Shown: positions 51,479 to 64,000 of the stretch, piece after piece
Position numbering within the stretch: the first letter of the stretch is position 1
How the letters are laid out: each line of letters opens with the position of its first letter
From: an uncultured Nitrospinota bacterium
GTDB lineage: Bacteria > Tectomicrobia > Entotheonellia > J063 > CAVPRW01
Length of the DNA stretch: 64,000 bases
Direction: 5' to 3'
NCBI GenBank assembly: GCA_963707985.1
Contig: CAVPRW010000014.1
Span: 32,001-96,000, forward strand
Made by a program: the position numbers and the translations under genes
The notes under the pieces: generated by a model
Seen by the model: the letters and a program-made list of their open reading frames with translations, nothing else
What the model was told of the DNA's origin: nothing
The model's database searches: none

Positions 51479-52498
51479 ATGGATCTTCCCGGAACAGCAA
51501 CGACGCTATTGACCCCTGACCTGCGCATCTGTCGCCTGTTGAATGGCCTGTGGCAGGTCTCCGGCGCGCATGGAGCGATCGACCGTCGCGCGGCGATCGA
51601 GGATATGTTCGCATACCATAATGCTGGCTTCACCACCTGGGACCTGGCCGATCACTATGGGCCAGCGGAAGATTTTATCGGTGAATTCCGGAAACAAATG
51701 GCCGCCAACCGTGGCGTCGAGGCATTGGCCAGCATCCAGGCCTTTACCAAATGGGTACCAGAATCAGGACGCATGACGCGTCAAATCGTCGAGGAGAATA
51801 TCCGGGTCTCACTCCGGCGCATGGGGGTCGATACCCTCGACCTTTTGCAGTTCCACTGGTGGGATTACGGCGACGCCAACTATCTGGACGCGCTACGTTA
51901 CCTGGCCGAGCTGCGCGACGAAGGCAAAATTCGCCATCTGGCTCTGACCAACTTCGACACGGAGCACTTGAGAATCATTGTCGAACATGGTATCCGCATC
52001 GTGTCAAACCAGGTGCAGTATTCGCTGATTGACCGTCGGCCCGAGGTGCACATGAGCGCTTTTTGCCAGGCACATGACATCCAACTCCTCACCTATGGCA
52101 CCGTCGGAGGCGGACTGCTGTCAGAACGGTACCTCGGGCAGCCGGAACCCACACGGGGGGCGTTGACTACCGCCAGTCTACGGAAGTACAAACAGATGGT
52201 GGAGGCCTGGGGCGGCTGGGAGCTATTCCAGGAATTACTTAGTGTTCTCAAACACATCGCCGACAAGCATCGGGTGAGCATCGCCAATATTGCGGTGCGT
52301 TATATCCTGAATCGCCCGGCTGTAGCAGGAGTAATTGTCGGCACACGCCTGGGAGTGGCCGAACATCGGGAGGATAATGTCCGCAGTTTCGATGCGACCC
52401 TGGACATGGAGGACCACGCCGAGATCGAGGCCATTCTTGCCAGGTCGCGCGATCTATATCAGCTGATTGGAGACTGTGGCGATGAATACCGACGCTGA
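51479..52498 (+). CDS. Aldo/keto reductase
   Basis: DLADHYG, LDLLQFHWW, SNQVQYSL. Confidence 0.9.
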   Translation: MDLPGTATTLLTPDLRICRLLNGLWQVSGAHGAIDRRAAIEDMFAYHNAGFTTWDLADHYGPAEDFIGEFRKQMAANRGVEALASIQAFTKWVPESGRMTRQIVEENIRVSLRRMGVDTLDLLQFHWWDYGDANYLDALRYLAELRDEGKIRHLALTNFDTEHLRIIVEHGIRIVSNQVQYSLIDRRPEVHMSAFCQAHDIQLLTYGTVGGGLLSERYLGQPEPTRGALTTASLRKYKQMVEAWGGWELFQELLSVLKHIADKHRVSIANIAVRYILNRPAVAGVIVGTRLGVAEHREDNVRSFDATLDMEDHAEIEAILARSRDLYQLIGDCGDEYRR

Positions 52499-52769
52499 GA
52501 TAGATTTCTACGAGGCAAATGCCTCCCGATAGCACCCCAACAAACCTCAGGCGAGACCAGCACCGTCTATGGCCGCATTCCTACGAATAACTATGCCTAG
52601 CAAAGAAGTGAATTGATTATTTGGTGGTAAATTTTATATATGTATAGTTACCACGGTGAAGCATAGACGGATCCGAAGCTCCACAGAGGCATCATGTTGC
52701 GGCCTGAGATCATTGCCCGCGGGAGGGGCTGGTTTTGCGGGCAAGCCGTATAGAAGGGAGAATTAGCTG

Positions 52770-53969
52770 GTGATCCGCTCGTTATGCGGCCCATTGTTGG
52801 GCGCTTGCGGGGTTCTACTCAGCCTTTTGTTGGTGTCGTGTACTGGGAATAGGGAGACAAAACCATCTATAAAAATTGGGTTGATCGCGCCGCTCTCCGG
52901 CTACCTCGCCCCCTCAGGAGAGGCAATTCAGCGTGGTATGCTACTGGCCATCGATGAAGTGAACCGCGAAGGGGGGGTGCTGGGTCGACCACTCGCCTTG
53001 GTGGTGGATGACGTTGAAAACGATCCGTTGGCGGGCGTGGCGGTCTTGCAGGCGCTTGTACAACATGACAAGATGGTCGCCGTGTTCACCGGCACGTTCA
53101 GCACGGTGATCCTGGCCCAACTCGATATCATCCACGAGCGGCAAATCCCGCTCATCATTCCGCTGGGCTCGGTGACTACCATTACCCGGAATGGTCGCGT
53201 CCCCAACTATGCCTTCCGCATTGCCATGTCCGACGAGTATGCCAACGAGTTCATGGTACGCTACGCCCTCGATGTGGTCGGCGTTCGCCATCCCGGTATC
53301 ATCGCGGAAACCACTGATTGGGGAAATTCCAACGTTAATGGTCTATCCCATTGGTTAGCTCGGTTGGCACGTCCAGCGGCGAGCATTGAGCGCTTTGCCC
53401 AGAGTGAGACAAATATGCGTCACCAGCTGACGCGACTGCGTGCAGCCGGCGCGGACGCCCTGCTCCTCGTGGCCAATGCCTCCGACGCGGCGGCCATCAT
53501 CCGTGGGATGGTCACACTCGGCTGGAAGGTGCCAGTGGTAAGCCATAGCGGCACGAGCATCGGCCGGTTCGTCGAACTGGCCGGGGTGGCAAACACGGAT
53601 GGCGTCCTGACCCTGCAGACCTTCTCCTTCTTCGGACCGTTGTCTCCGAAAGCGAATGCCGTGCTCCGCGCCTATCATGCGCGTTTCGGCACACGACGCG
53701 TGGAGGAGGTCAGGGTGCCGATCGCGGTCGCCAGCAGTTACGATGGCATCCACCTGCTGGCGCGTGCTATCCGTCAAGCCGGCAGCACCGATGGGCCTCG
53801 AGTCCGCGCCGCACTCGAGGAGTTAGAGCCTTACGATGGCCTGATGAAGCGCTATGCTCCAGCCTTCACGGCGGACCGCCATGATGCCCTGTTGACCGAG
53901 GATTACCTCATGGCGGTCTGGCAAGAGGGACGTCTAGTCCCGGCCCCACAGCCGAGGTTGCCAGAATGA
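52770..53969 (+). CDS. Branched-chain amino-acid-type periplasmic binding lipoprotein
   Basis: IKIGLIAPLSG, NREGGVLGRPL; no permeases adjacent. Confidence 0.85.
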   Translation: MIRSLCGPLLGACGVLLSLLLVSCTGNRETKPSIKIGLIAPLSGYLAPSGEAIQRGMLLAIDEVNREGGVLGRPLALVVDDVENDPLAGVAVLQALVQHDKMVAVFTGTFSTVILAQLDIIHERQIPLIIPLGSVTTITRNGRVPNYAFRIAMSDEYANEFMVRYALDVVGVRHPGIIAETTDWGNSNVNGLSHWLARLARPAASIERFAQSETNMRHQLTRLRAAGADALLLVANASDAAAIIRGMVTLGWKVPVVSHSGTSIGRFVELAGVANTDGVLTLQTFSFFGPLSPKANAVLRAYHARFGTRRVEEVRVPIAVASSYDGIHLLARAIRQAGSTDGPRVRAALEELEPYDGLMKRYAPAFTADRHDALLTEDYLMAVWQEGRLVPAPQPRLPE

Positions 53970-56900
53970 GAACCGTGTCCTCCTCTCGTGTCCAGTTCCT
54001 GCACACCTTCCGAGCCCAGGTGCTACTGGCACTTGCCCTGATCGGTATTCTCCCCTTGGGACTGGTCGGGCTCACTGTCGCCGATCGTGACCGACGGACC
54101 CTGGAGCAGTATGCGGCCCGAGAGCTCACGGGGCTGGCACGGGGTCTAGCCGGGCAACTTGATATCTATCTAGACGAGCTGTTGAACAATGCACGCGCAA
54201 TGGCCTCCATGCCCGCCATTGTCAGTATGGATCCACCGCAGCAGGATATGGTTCTCAAGGAACTTTATCATCACTATCCCCGCATCGCGCGTCTGGGAAC
54301 ATTTGACGGCTTCGGGCAGCTGCTCGCCTCCTCAGATAACATGGAGGAAGCCCTCATTTCTCAGCAAGACACGCTGCACCGTGCCCTCACCCATGGGCGA
54401 CAGATGTGGACCTTAGCCGGCGATGCCGGGAGTGGGCGTTCGACACTGCTCCTTTATACTCCCATCCGAGATGACGAGCGTCTTGTCGTGGGGGTGGTGA
54501 GGCATTGTTGTCGATCTGGAAGATCTCTCCGCCGTCGTGGGCCGAGTGCCTATCGGTGGGGGTGGGCAGGCCTTCGTTCTGGATACCAGTGGGCACGTGC
54601 TGCTGCATCCCGACCGAGCGGCTGTGCAGGCACGTCGCAACTACAGCATGATTGGCGTCCCGACGGGAGGCCGACCGGCGGCCGCTGGCACGGTCCGATA
54701 TCGCTTGAATGGCGAGGGACACATCGCTGGCTATGCGCCAGTCCCGAACATTGGCTGGACTGTGGTCGTCGAGCGTCCGGAAGCGGAGGTCTTGATCCCA
54801 GCTCGACGGTCATGGAACTTGGCGCTCGCGGGGGTGGGAGTCAGTGCGGTATTGGCATTGGTGACAGCCGTCATCCTCGCACGTACACTGACGCGACCAG
54901 TGCAGGAGTTGGCCATGGCGGCGCAAGCTTTTGGTGCGGGGGATGCATCCGCGCCGCTGCCGACGTTAAAGTCAGACGCCAACGAGTTAGGCATCCTCGT
55001 CACCACGTTCGCTCGCATGCGTCAGGCGGTTGCCGAGAGGGAGGCAACCCTCCAGGCGCGCGCGTGCCAGCAAGCAGCGGTAGCCAAACTTGGTCAAGAG
55101 GCGCTGATGGGTGCTGATCTGTTAGCCTTGATGGAGAAAGGCGTGGCGCAGGTCATGGACACTTTGGACGTCGAGTATTGCGAGGTTTCTGAACTGCTTC
55201 ATGAGGCGCAAACGCTGCTTTTAAGGGCCGGAGCAGGTTGGCAAACAGGGTGCGTCGGGCATGAGACCATGGGGTTAGGCACGGCATCACTCGCCGGCTA
55301 CACCTTGCAGCTCAATGAACCGGTGATTGTGGAAGATCTTGGCCAGGAAAGGCGTTTTCGCATCCCCCCGTTGTTGCATAACCATCGTGTCATCAGCGCC
55401 ATGAGCGTCATCATTCATGGGCCGGGTCGGCCGTTCGGGGTATTGTGCGTACACAGCACCAGACAACAGATGTTCAGTGCGGATGATGTGCATTTCCTCC
55501 AAGCCATCGCCAATGTGCTAGGAGTCGCGCTCGAACGTCGAAGAGCGGAAGAGGCCCTGGGAGCAGAGGCGTCATTCCTGCGGGTTCAGACCGCGGTAGC
55601 CCAGGCCGCCCTGTCTACGCTGAACCCCAATCTTCTGGGGTCACGGCTCCTGGAAGTCATCGGCCAGACGCAGGGATATGCCCACGGACACCTCTTCCGC
55701 GTCAGGGAGGACGAGTCTGTCGCTGTTATCAGCGCCAGCTTTGGGGATAAATCCAAGCAATTTCTTGGCTTTCGCCAACCTATCAGCGACCAGCATTCTC
55801 TCACGGCCACGGCGATCCGGACCCGCCAGCCGATGTTCATCAATCGCCTCACATCGAGCTCTTTCAACAGGCATCCCATCGCGCAGACTCTGGGAGCCCA
55901 GGCGCTTCTGGTACTGCCCTTGATGCACCGCACAGGTCGGGTGATCGGCGCCCTATCGTTCGCCGATGTCGAAAACCCCAATCGCTTTTCAGATCGCGAC
56001 TTGGTCCAGGGCAACATCTTGACTGGACAAGTCGTCCAGGCCGTGGAGAATAGTGAGCTTTTCAGCGAGGTGCAGCGGCTCCAGGCAGAACACCGGGTGA
56101 TCACTGAGTCCCTCACCGATGCGGTCTATACCATTGATCTGGAAGGGCGTATCACCTTCGGGAATCCGGCCCTGGAATGCTTAACGGGCTTTGGACTTGA
56201 AGAATTACGCGGGCAACTGTCAACAGCGTTATACGGCTCCGATGCAGCGCTGACCTTCCCGAGCTGCCACATACGTGGGGCCGAAGGAGAACCACTGCCT
56301 CATGCCCTGGAAACCGAAGTCATTAGAAAGGACGGTGTGGGCGTTCCTGTCGAGCTCTCGATGGCCCCCCTGGTCCATGAGGGAGACATCATCGGGTACG
56401 TAGGCGTGGCGCGCAATATTGCTGAGCGCAAGCACCTGGAGGAGCAACTACGACAGGCGCAGAAAATGGAGGCGATTGGGCGGCTGGCGGGCGGGGTAGC
56501 GCATGATTTCAACAATCTTTTGATGGTGATCGCCGGTTATGGTGACCAGTTACGCCGTCGCCTGGGCTCTCACCACCACCTCTACAAGGCGGCGACGGAG
56601 ATCCAAGGTGCTATCGACAGGGCGGCAGGCTTGACAGGCCAGCTCCTGGCATTCAGCCGACGGCAGACGCTGCAGCCGAGAGTTTTAGACCTCAATGGCG
56701 TGGTGACCGAGATCGGTACAATGCTGCGGCGCCTGATCAGCGAGAATATCCGGCTGGTCATGCATCTCGATCCGGCCCTGGGCCGCGTCAACGCTGATCC
56801 GACTCAATTGGAACAGGTACTTCTGAACCTGGCCATCAACGCGCGTGATGCCATGCCACGCGGTGGGGTGCTGACGATCGAAACCGCCAACGTTGAATGG

Positions 56901-57587
56901 CAAGAGGCAGCCACGCAGCCGCTCAGTGCAACCCCACCACGGTGCTACATCATGCTCGCCGTAGGTGACACCGGCTGTGGCATGAATGTAGAAACACTGG
57001 CGCATATCTTCGAGCCGTTCTTCACCACCAAGGGTCCCGGCATCGGGACCGGATTGGGGCTAGCCACCGTTTATGGCATCATCACCCAGAGTGGGGGATC
57101 TATTGAAGTGAACAGCGCACCTGGGGAAGGGTCCACGTTCAGGATTTACTTACCACAAGTTGCCACATATCCGGAGACAGAAGTGACGGAGCGCCCTGCC
57201 ATGACTCTGCCGGCAGGCTCGGGAACCATCCTTGTCGTGGAAGACGAGGTGCAAGTGCGTGAGTTGGTGCAGGAGATCCTTCAGTCTGAAGGCTATACCG
57301 TGCTGACCGCGTCCGACGGTCATGAGGGCTTGCAGCTGTGCATCGCCTACGACGGGCCCATCGATCTCTTGCTGACCGATGTCGTCATGCCCGGATTGAG
57401 TGGTCCCGAGATGGCACAATGCATTCTGCCGATGCGCCCAACGATCAAGATTGTGTATATGTCAGGCTACGCAAGCGATGCCATAGGGGATCACGGAGTG
57501 CTGGCCCCAGGCACGGCCTTCCTCCAGAAGCCATATACGCCGGATATCCTGTTAAGGAAGGTGAGGGAAACGCTCGATACACCGTGA
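53966..57587 (+). CDS. Hybrid sensor histidine kinase Cache-HAMP-GAF-GAF-PAS-HisKA-HATPase-REC (frameshift near 54500)
   Basis: AHDFNNLL, NLAINARDAM, FFTTK, GTGLGL, LLTDVVMP. Confidence 0.9.
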
Positions 57588-58086
57588 CCCTGCCTGATTC
57601 AGGTGCGATGTTCATCCTCGTGGGTGGGAAGTCGATCCTGTCCTGTCAGCACATCATCATCCTGCACGCCATGGCCCTTCCCTACACTCTCGAAACCATA
57701 CCCATGTGTAGCGTCGCCGGTCCTCCAGGTGGAGGCACGAAGTGTGTGGGTATCCGTTCTGATGCGGGTGCCGCCCCAAGACATTTTAGCGGTGAGATCC
57801 AGACTGAAATAAGCGTTGATAGTTGAGGGCCAGCACAAGCAATCGTGCCCTGGATGCGAAGAGGCCGGACACTGGCATGGGCTGCAGGCAATTACACTTG
57901 ACAAAGAGCGGCGGCTAAGGTACTCACAGAGAATATTTATCTCCTCTTCATGAGGAGCGTGCAGCGGGTTGCTCTTCACCATCACTCTTGCAGTGCGCGC
58001 AAGGCAGCACCGCGATAGTGGATCGTGACTGCCCATGCGGTTGGCAGGGGCAATGCGAAGGCAGTGCCCACAGGAGGGTGGATGCC

Positions 58087-58338
58087 ATGCCACTGTATAT
58101 GGATATCCACCGCAATGCGGTGGGGTTGACCGATGAAGTCGCCGCGGCTGCCCATCAGAAGGACCTGGAGGTGCAGCATAAACACGGCGTCCGGTACCTG
58201 AGCTATTGGTATGACAAAGATCTGGGTAAGGTCTTCTGTCTGGTGGATGCCCCGAGCAAAGAAGCGGCCGCCGCGGTGCATCGTGAAGCCCATGGGAATG
58301 TCGCGGACGAGATTTTCGAGGTCAAGCAAGGCGACTAA
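58087..58338 (+). CDS. DUF4242 (SCO4226-like) protein
   Basis: MPLYMDIH...AHQKDL...FCLVDAP...HREAHG. Confidence 0.85.
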   Translation: MPLYMDIHRNAVGLTDEVAAAAHQKDLEVQHKHGVRYLSYWYDKDLGKVFCLVDAPSKEAAAAVHREAHGNVADEIFEVKQGD

Positions 58339-58361
58339 TCCACAGGTCGGCAGGGGCACCC

Positions 58362-61300
58362 ATGCAATGTCCGCAGTGCCATTATGATGCCCCGGGTGAC
58401 GCCGCGTATTGTCCCACGTGTGGCAACAAGCTGACGCTTCTCTGCTCGCAGTGTCGGACCGGGAATGCCCCCGACCATAAATTCTGCAAGCAATGCGGTC
58501 AGCCACTCGTGGCTCCCTCGGCCCCTATACCAGCTGGAGTAACATCCGCTTCACCCCAGTCCTATACCCCCCGATATCTGGCCGACAAGATCCTGACCTC
58601 CCGCGGCGCCCTGGAGGGCGAGCGTAAAGAGGTGACCGTCCTCTTCTGTGACGTCGTGGAGTCGTCGCGGCTGGCCGAGCGTTTGGATCCCGAAGCGATG
58701 CACCGGATCATGGACCAGGCCCTGCGGCTGATGGCTGAAGCCATCCATCGCTATGAGGGGACGGTGAATCAGTTCCTGGGAGACGGCCTAATGGCTCTTT
58801 TTGGGGCCCCCGTGGCCCTCGAAGACCATGCTCTCCGGGCGGTCATGGCGGCCTTGATGATCCAGGAAACGATCAACGCCTATAACGAGCAACTCAAATC
58901 CGAGCGCGACGTGGAGATTCGCCTGCGCCTGGGCCTGAATACTGGCCTGGTGGTGGTAGGCCGCATCGGCGATGACCTGCGCATGGATTATACCGCCGTC
59001 GGCGACACCACCAACGTCGCCGCTCGTCTGCAAAGCCTGGCTGAGCCTGGGACGATTCTCATCGGGGAGGCCACCCAGCGGCTGGTGGAAGGATACATCC
59101 ATAACGCCGCGCAAGGGCCGGTTCAGGTCAAAGGGCGAACCGAGGCGGTCCAGGTGTATGAGGTGACCGGCCGGCGGCGGAGACGCAGCCGCCTGGAGGT
59201 TAGTATCGAGAGAGGGCTCACGCCCCTGGTGGGACGCGAGCGAGAGCTCAACCTCCTGCACGACTGCCTGACACGTGCCAAGGCCGGGCGCGGACAGGTG
59301 GTGGGCATTGGTGGTGAGCCAGGCATCGGGAAGTCTCGTCTCCTGTATGAGTTCCGCAAGACCCTTCAAGAGGAGCGCATCATCTGGCTGGAAGGCCACT
59401 GTGTGGCCCAAGGCCAAAACACCCCGTATCTGCCGATCCTGGAGATCCTGCGGACGAATTTTCAAATCGAAGATGGAGATACCTCGCTGCAGCTTCGGGA
59501 GAAGCTGCGCCGCGGCATCCGCCACCTCGATGCCAGTCTCGAAGGGTTCCTTCCCTACTTGGACGAGCTCTTCGGTCTCCCTGTCGAGGATGAGCTCCTG
59601 ACGCAACTGCATCCGCACCTCAAGCAGTGGAAAACGTTCGAGGCCCTGCAGGCGCTGACGATGGCTGGAAGCCAGCGCAGCCCGCACGTCATCGTGATCG
59701 AAGATCTCCACTGGCTGGACAAGACCTCCGAGGAGTATCTCACGTTTCTCATCGAAAGCCTGGCTGGCACACCCGTACTGCTGCTGACCACCTATCGTCC
59801 GGGGTACGCCGTGCGCTGGGCTGCCAAGACCTACTATACGCAAATCGCTCTCGACCACTTGACTCGACAGGCGGTTGAAGAACTGCTGCAGGCTCTCCTC
59901 GGAGCCGATGGAGCCGATCACCGGATAGCTCCGCTCAAGCAGCTCTTGATGGAGCGCACCGAGGGCAACCCCTTCTTCCTGGAGGAGAGCGTCCGGATGC
60001 TGGCCGAGAGCCTGGTTCTAGCCGGTGTCCGGGGTGCCTATCACCTGGTGAAACCGTTCCAGACGATTCAGGTGCCAGCCACCGTCCAGGCGGTGCTCGC
60101 CGCGCGCATCGATCGCCTCCCTGCCGAGGACAAGCACTTGCTGCAAACTGCTGCAGTCATCGGCAAACAAACTGCCTCTGGCGCTGCTCCAGGCGGTGGT
60201 TGACCAACCCGGGACGCGCTGCGGCGAGGATTGGCTCATCTCCAGGCCGCCGAGTTCTGTATGACAGGGGCCTATTCCCCGACGTGCAATACGCGTTCAC
60301 GCACACCCTCACCCATGAAGTCGCCTATGGCAGCCTCCTGCAAGAGCGGCGACGGGTCCTGCATGCGCGCATCATCGAGGCTATTGAAACAGTTGTATGC
60401 CGATCGGCTCGCCGATTGGCGGGACCACCTCGCACATCATGTGGTGCGAGGCGAAGTGTGGAGTAAAGCCCCCGCCTATTTCCGTCAGGCCCTTGTGAGC
60501 TCATTCCCGGCCAGCATGGACTCGTCGTTCTGGTGGAGAGGCGAGCATGAGCGGGCTGTCGAACTGGGCCAGCGTGACCTCCCCATCTTTGCTGAATTCA
60601 AGAACTTCGCGTTTCAAGTCATGACGCATTTTGTCTTAGGCCAGTCCTACCACGCTCTCGGTGATTGTCCGCGAGCGATCGATTTCCTTCTGCAGAATAT
60701 CGCCTCTCTCGATGGCGACTTGCAATGCGAATGTTTCGATATGCCCGGTCTGGCGTCGGTGCTCTCGCGTGCCTGGTTGGTGTGGTGCCTCACCGAGCAA
60801 GGCGGGTTCGGCGAAGGTTTGACCTATGGCGAAGAAGCCGTAAAGCTCGCCGAGCGCGTCGATTACCCATACAGTCTCATCGTCGCGTACCTCGGTCTCG
60901 GCGTTGTGCATCTTCAACAAGGCGAGCTTCAGAGGGCCATCGCGGTGCTCGAACGCGGGGTGACCCTGAGCCAGGCTGAGAGCCTCCCGCAGTTGTTTCC
61001 CCTGATCGCTGCACCGTTGGGGGCCTCGTATGCCCTGGCGGGTCGGGTCGCCGAGGCCGTGCTGCTGCTGAAGGAGGCCGTCGAGAGGGCAGCGGGGATG
61101 AACTTCATAGGTATCCAGTCCCGCCGGCTCGCCTGGTTGGGCGAGGCCTATCTGCTCGCCGGCCGCATCGATGAGGCCATGCCTCTCGCTATGCGCGCGC
61201 TCGATCTCGCCCGTGCCCACAAGGAACGCGGCCATGAGGCCTGGAGCCTGCGCCTCCTCGGCGAGGTCCATGGACAGCAACACCCGCCCGCCCTCGAGCC

Positions 61301-61523
61301 GGCCGAGGCTGTCTACCGACAAGCGCTGGCTTTAGCTGCCGCACTTGGGATGGCACCGCTCCAGGCCCACAGCCACCTCGGACTTGGCAGGCTGTACGCC
61401 CGAAGCGGACGACTGCAGGAGGCCCGCGCCGAACTATTCGCCGCCGTCGACCTCTTGCACACCATGGAGATGAGACATTGGTTGCCTTCGGCAGAGACGG
61501 CACTGGCGCAGGTCCTCACCTAG
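58362..61523 (+). CDS. Double zinc ribbon + class III cyclase + AAA ATPase + TPR protein (frameshifts at 60170-60400)
   Basis: Four CxxC; VLFCDV, GDGLMALFG, NVAARLQ; GEPGIGKSR, IEDLHW, GNPFFLEE; TPR-like tail. Confidence 0.88.
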
Positions 61524-62708
61524 CTATCCCCAGCGCGGTTGCTCATCCGGATTGATCCCCAGCGCCGTCTTGGCCACGAATTCGTGCGTCAAGAACGAGT
61601 TGGCTGGGTGAATCCGGCCAAGTCGTGCATCGCGGAACAGACGTTCCAACCCAGCCACCTTGAAAATCCCGAAGCCACCGGCCAGCTCCATGGCGTGTCG
61701 ACGATCCGCCAGGCTCCCTCGACTACCCGATACTTGGCCGCAACGATCTTGGCGCCCCAGGCGTGGCCGTAATCGACCCCATGAGACCAATCTGCGACGA
61801 CCTTGTCGAGATGGGGACCGATCGACTCCATTTCGATGACCATCTCCGCTACCGCATGCTGCACCTCGGCGTGATAGGCCATGGAACGCGACAGGCCGAT
61901 GGAGGTTTTCTTCTTGATGTTGTCGATGGTCCAGTCCAGAGCGCGTTGCGCCAGGCCATAGTATACGGTGGCGAAGCCCAGGACCCCCCAGGCAAATACG
62001 CCCAGCACAAAATGGTCGATCCCCGCCGCCCCCGCTGACACCACGCGGCCGATGTATTTATCAGGCACAAACGCCCCCTCCAGGACGGTGTCGTCGCTGC
62101 GGGTGCCACGCATACCCGAGGACGTCCCAGGTTTCCTTGATAGAATAACCTTTGGTGTCGCGGGGCATGAAGGCGTGGATGATTTTGGGAGCGGCGGGAT
62201 CGCTGCTGTCCATGGCGTGCAGACCCAGACGTGTCCATACCGGCGTCAAGCTGCCGAAGCTCTTGCGACCGGTGAAGCGGTATCCCCCATTCACCCGCTC
62301 GGCTTTCGTCGTGGAAAGCAAGAGTGGCAGATCGTTGCCGCTCTCGGCGTGGCCCGCCGCAAATACCTCGCCGGCCGCGGCTTCGGCCAGGAGCCATTCC
62401 AGGGATTTATCTCCGGCGCGCCAGAGGTCGGCGGCAACGCCGGTCCAATACAGGTGCATGTTCAGCCCCAGGGCAGTGGCGGGGGCATGATAGGCGAGTC
62501 GCCGTTGCTCCTGAGAGACCTCGGCGAGGGACATGCCAAAGCCCCCCAGTTCCTTCGGTACCGCTAAGAGGAGGTAGCGAGCCGCGCGCAGTTCCTCAAA
62601 ATCTTCGCTGAAGAATCGATTCTCACGATCATAGATGGGAGCGCGTTCTGCGCAGTGAGCCAGAATTTCCTCGGAAAGTGGCGATTGCCCTGTCGTTGTC
62701 ACGCACAT
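61524..62708 (-). CDS. Acyl-CoA dehydrogenase family protein (frameshifts)
   Basis: ORFs 62061-62708, 61589-62113 and 61524-61790 join; FTGRKSFGS, MRGTRSDD, LERLFRDAR. Confidence 0.88.
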
Positions 62709-63221
62709 CCTCCTTTCAATAATGCCCGCATGAAGCAGGGGTGGATGATTGGGTTAGTCGCAAGTGCAGTCTAACCGGCTCTGATAGCCCATTTCGGCAC
62801 AGGCCAGGCATAAGGGCACGACTCAGGCAATGATGATACCATTGCCATCTCTTAGGTGCAAGTATCTGAAAATATGATAATTATTGATATTCAGGTAGGA
62901 AAGAGTCATCGGCCGCGGATGGGCATACCCGTACAGTGATGCACGGGTTGGAGAGAGGGAAGCACCGCGTGGCTTGCAAATTCGAGGTGATCCGTTCGCT
63001 GTGCAGGTGAACACAGGCTGGTTATTTCTGCACAGCGGAGCTTGACGATCATTCCAGGCAATAACGCACGCCCGCGCTTGCAGCAGCGTCCCGTTATGCT
63101 CTAATATGGCTCCGATGCGGGCACGGCCGGCCGAGATGGCGCTCTCAGCCCCGGCACTCAATACACCTCAGGCGCTTTGAGCTCATCGGGCGTTGGTCTA
63201 AGGCAGCACCGAGTCCACACT

Positions 63222-64000
63222 ATGGCAGATCCACTGTCCTCACCCAAGGAACTCTCCCCGGCATTGTATCGTTATCTGATCATACTCATCGGCTTCGTCA
63301 CCCTGGCTGGAGCCAGCGGGGTTTCCAGCTCCTTTTCAGTCTTCTACAGTGCCCTACTGCAGGAGTTCGACTGGAGCCATGCCGGAGGTGCCAGCGTCTA
63401 CTCGGTCAACCAACTCGTACTTGCCGCCAGCGCCCCGTTGATGGGAGGATTGCTGGACCGTTTTGGCCCGCGCTGGTTATTCCCAGGCGCCGCGACGTTG
63501 GTAGGCGTGGCCTGGATGGCGTGTGGCACACTGAACACGCTGGGACAGTTCATGCTGTTCTATGGTGTGTTGAGTGCCCTGGGGCAAACGGCGCTGTCCC
63601 TGGCCATGGTGGTGGTGTCGCGCTGGTTTCAACAGACCCACCGCGGCCGCGCCATCGGGCTGGCGGACGTCGGCACGGGATGCGGCCACGTGCTCTTCGT
63701 CCCTGGTGCCGCCTGGTTGATCACCACGGTTGGCTGGCGCTGGGCCTTCATCATCGTCGGCGCCACGGTGCTCGCGGTGTTGGTTCCGCTCAATCTGCTG
63801 CATCGGCCGACGCCAGTGCTGGGTGCACCCAGTCTGAGCGCCACCACGCTTCGCGGAGCGTTACGGACCAGAGCCCTATGGATGCTCTGTCTGGCACATC
63901 TCTGCATGACCATCACCATGACGATGGTCAATGTGCATCTTGTCAACTTCCTGGTTGGTACCGGTACGTTACAGATCCTCGGCGCTTCGACGGTATTCAG
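63222..64000 (+). CDS. MFS transporter (partial, runs off window)
   Basis: Open frame from ATG 63222; GLLDRFGPR motif A; SRWFQQTHRGRAIG. Confidence 0.85.
   Translation, partial: MADPLSSPKELSPALYRYLIILIGFVTLAGASGVSSSFSVFYSALLQEFDWSHAGGASVYSVNQLVLAASAPLMGGLLDRFGPRWLFPGAATLVGVAWMACGTLNTLGQFMLFYGVLSALGQTALSLAMVVVSRWFQQTHRGRAIGLADVGTGCGHVLFVPGAAWLITTVGWRWAFIIVGATVLAVLVPLNLLHRPTPVLGAPSLSATTLRGALRTRALWMLCLAHLCMTITMTMVNVHLVNFLVGTGTLQILGASTVF

Noticed and set aside
57599..58080. Small ORFs between the kinase and DUF4242
   Set aside because: No motif, clear RBS or coding signal that I can support

Overview
GC-rich bacterial window, probably from a metagenomic or long-read assembly: many otherwise intact genes carry single-base frameshifts. 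It has three parts. (1) 1-7.3 kb: USP tail, a P3A-type H+-ATPase, and a persulfide dioxygenase-rhodanese / TauE / cytochrome c cluster bracketed by two copies of a MITE-containing repeat, one copy interrupted by a complete ORF-less group II intron. (2) 7.4-26.5 kb is an accessory island. A minus-strand three-gene module encodes a small helical protein and two NACHT NTPase + FGE-sulfatase (CLec) receptors; all three share a ~20-aa amyloid-like beta motif, and both receptors end in DGR-type variable repeats. Beside it lies a decayed integron: an intI pseudogene, a candidate attI and at least 7 attC sites. Its cassettes include higBA, a MazF-type TA pair, a cupin and an unusual adenylate cyclase / sigma-54 AAA+ / HTH / truncated-haemoglobin fusion. 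Remnants of ISAs1, ISL3, IS91, IS3, ISNCY, an IS630-like MITE and a second intron are interspersed. (3) 26.6-64 kb: ordinary metabolic, transport and signalling genes (msrPQ, nucleoside ABC transporter, CoA transferases, acyl-CoA dehydrogenases, hybrid kinase, cyclase-AAA-TPR protein, MFS). No rRNA, tRNA or CRISPR array was seen. All family assignments come from motif recognition by eye, not from database searches.
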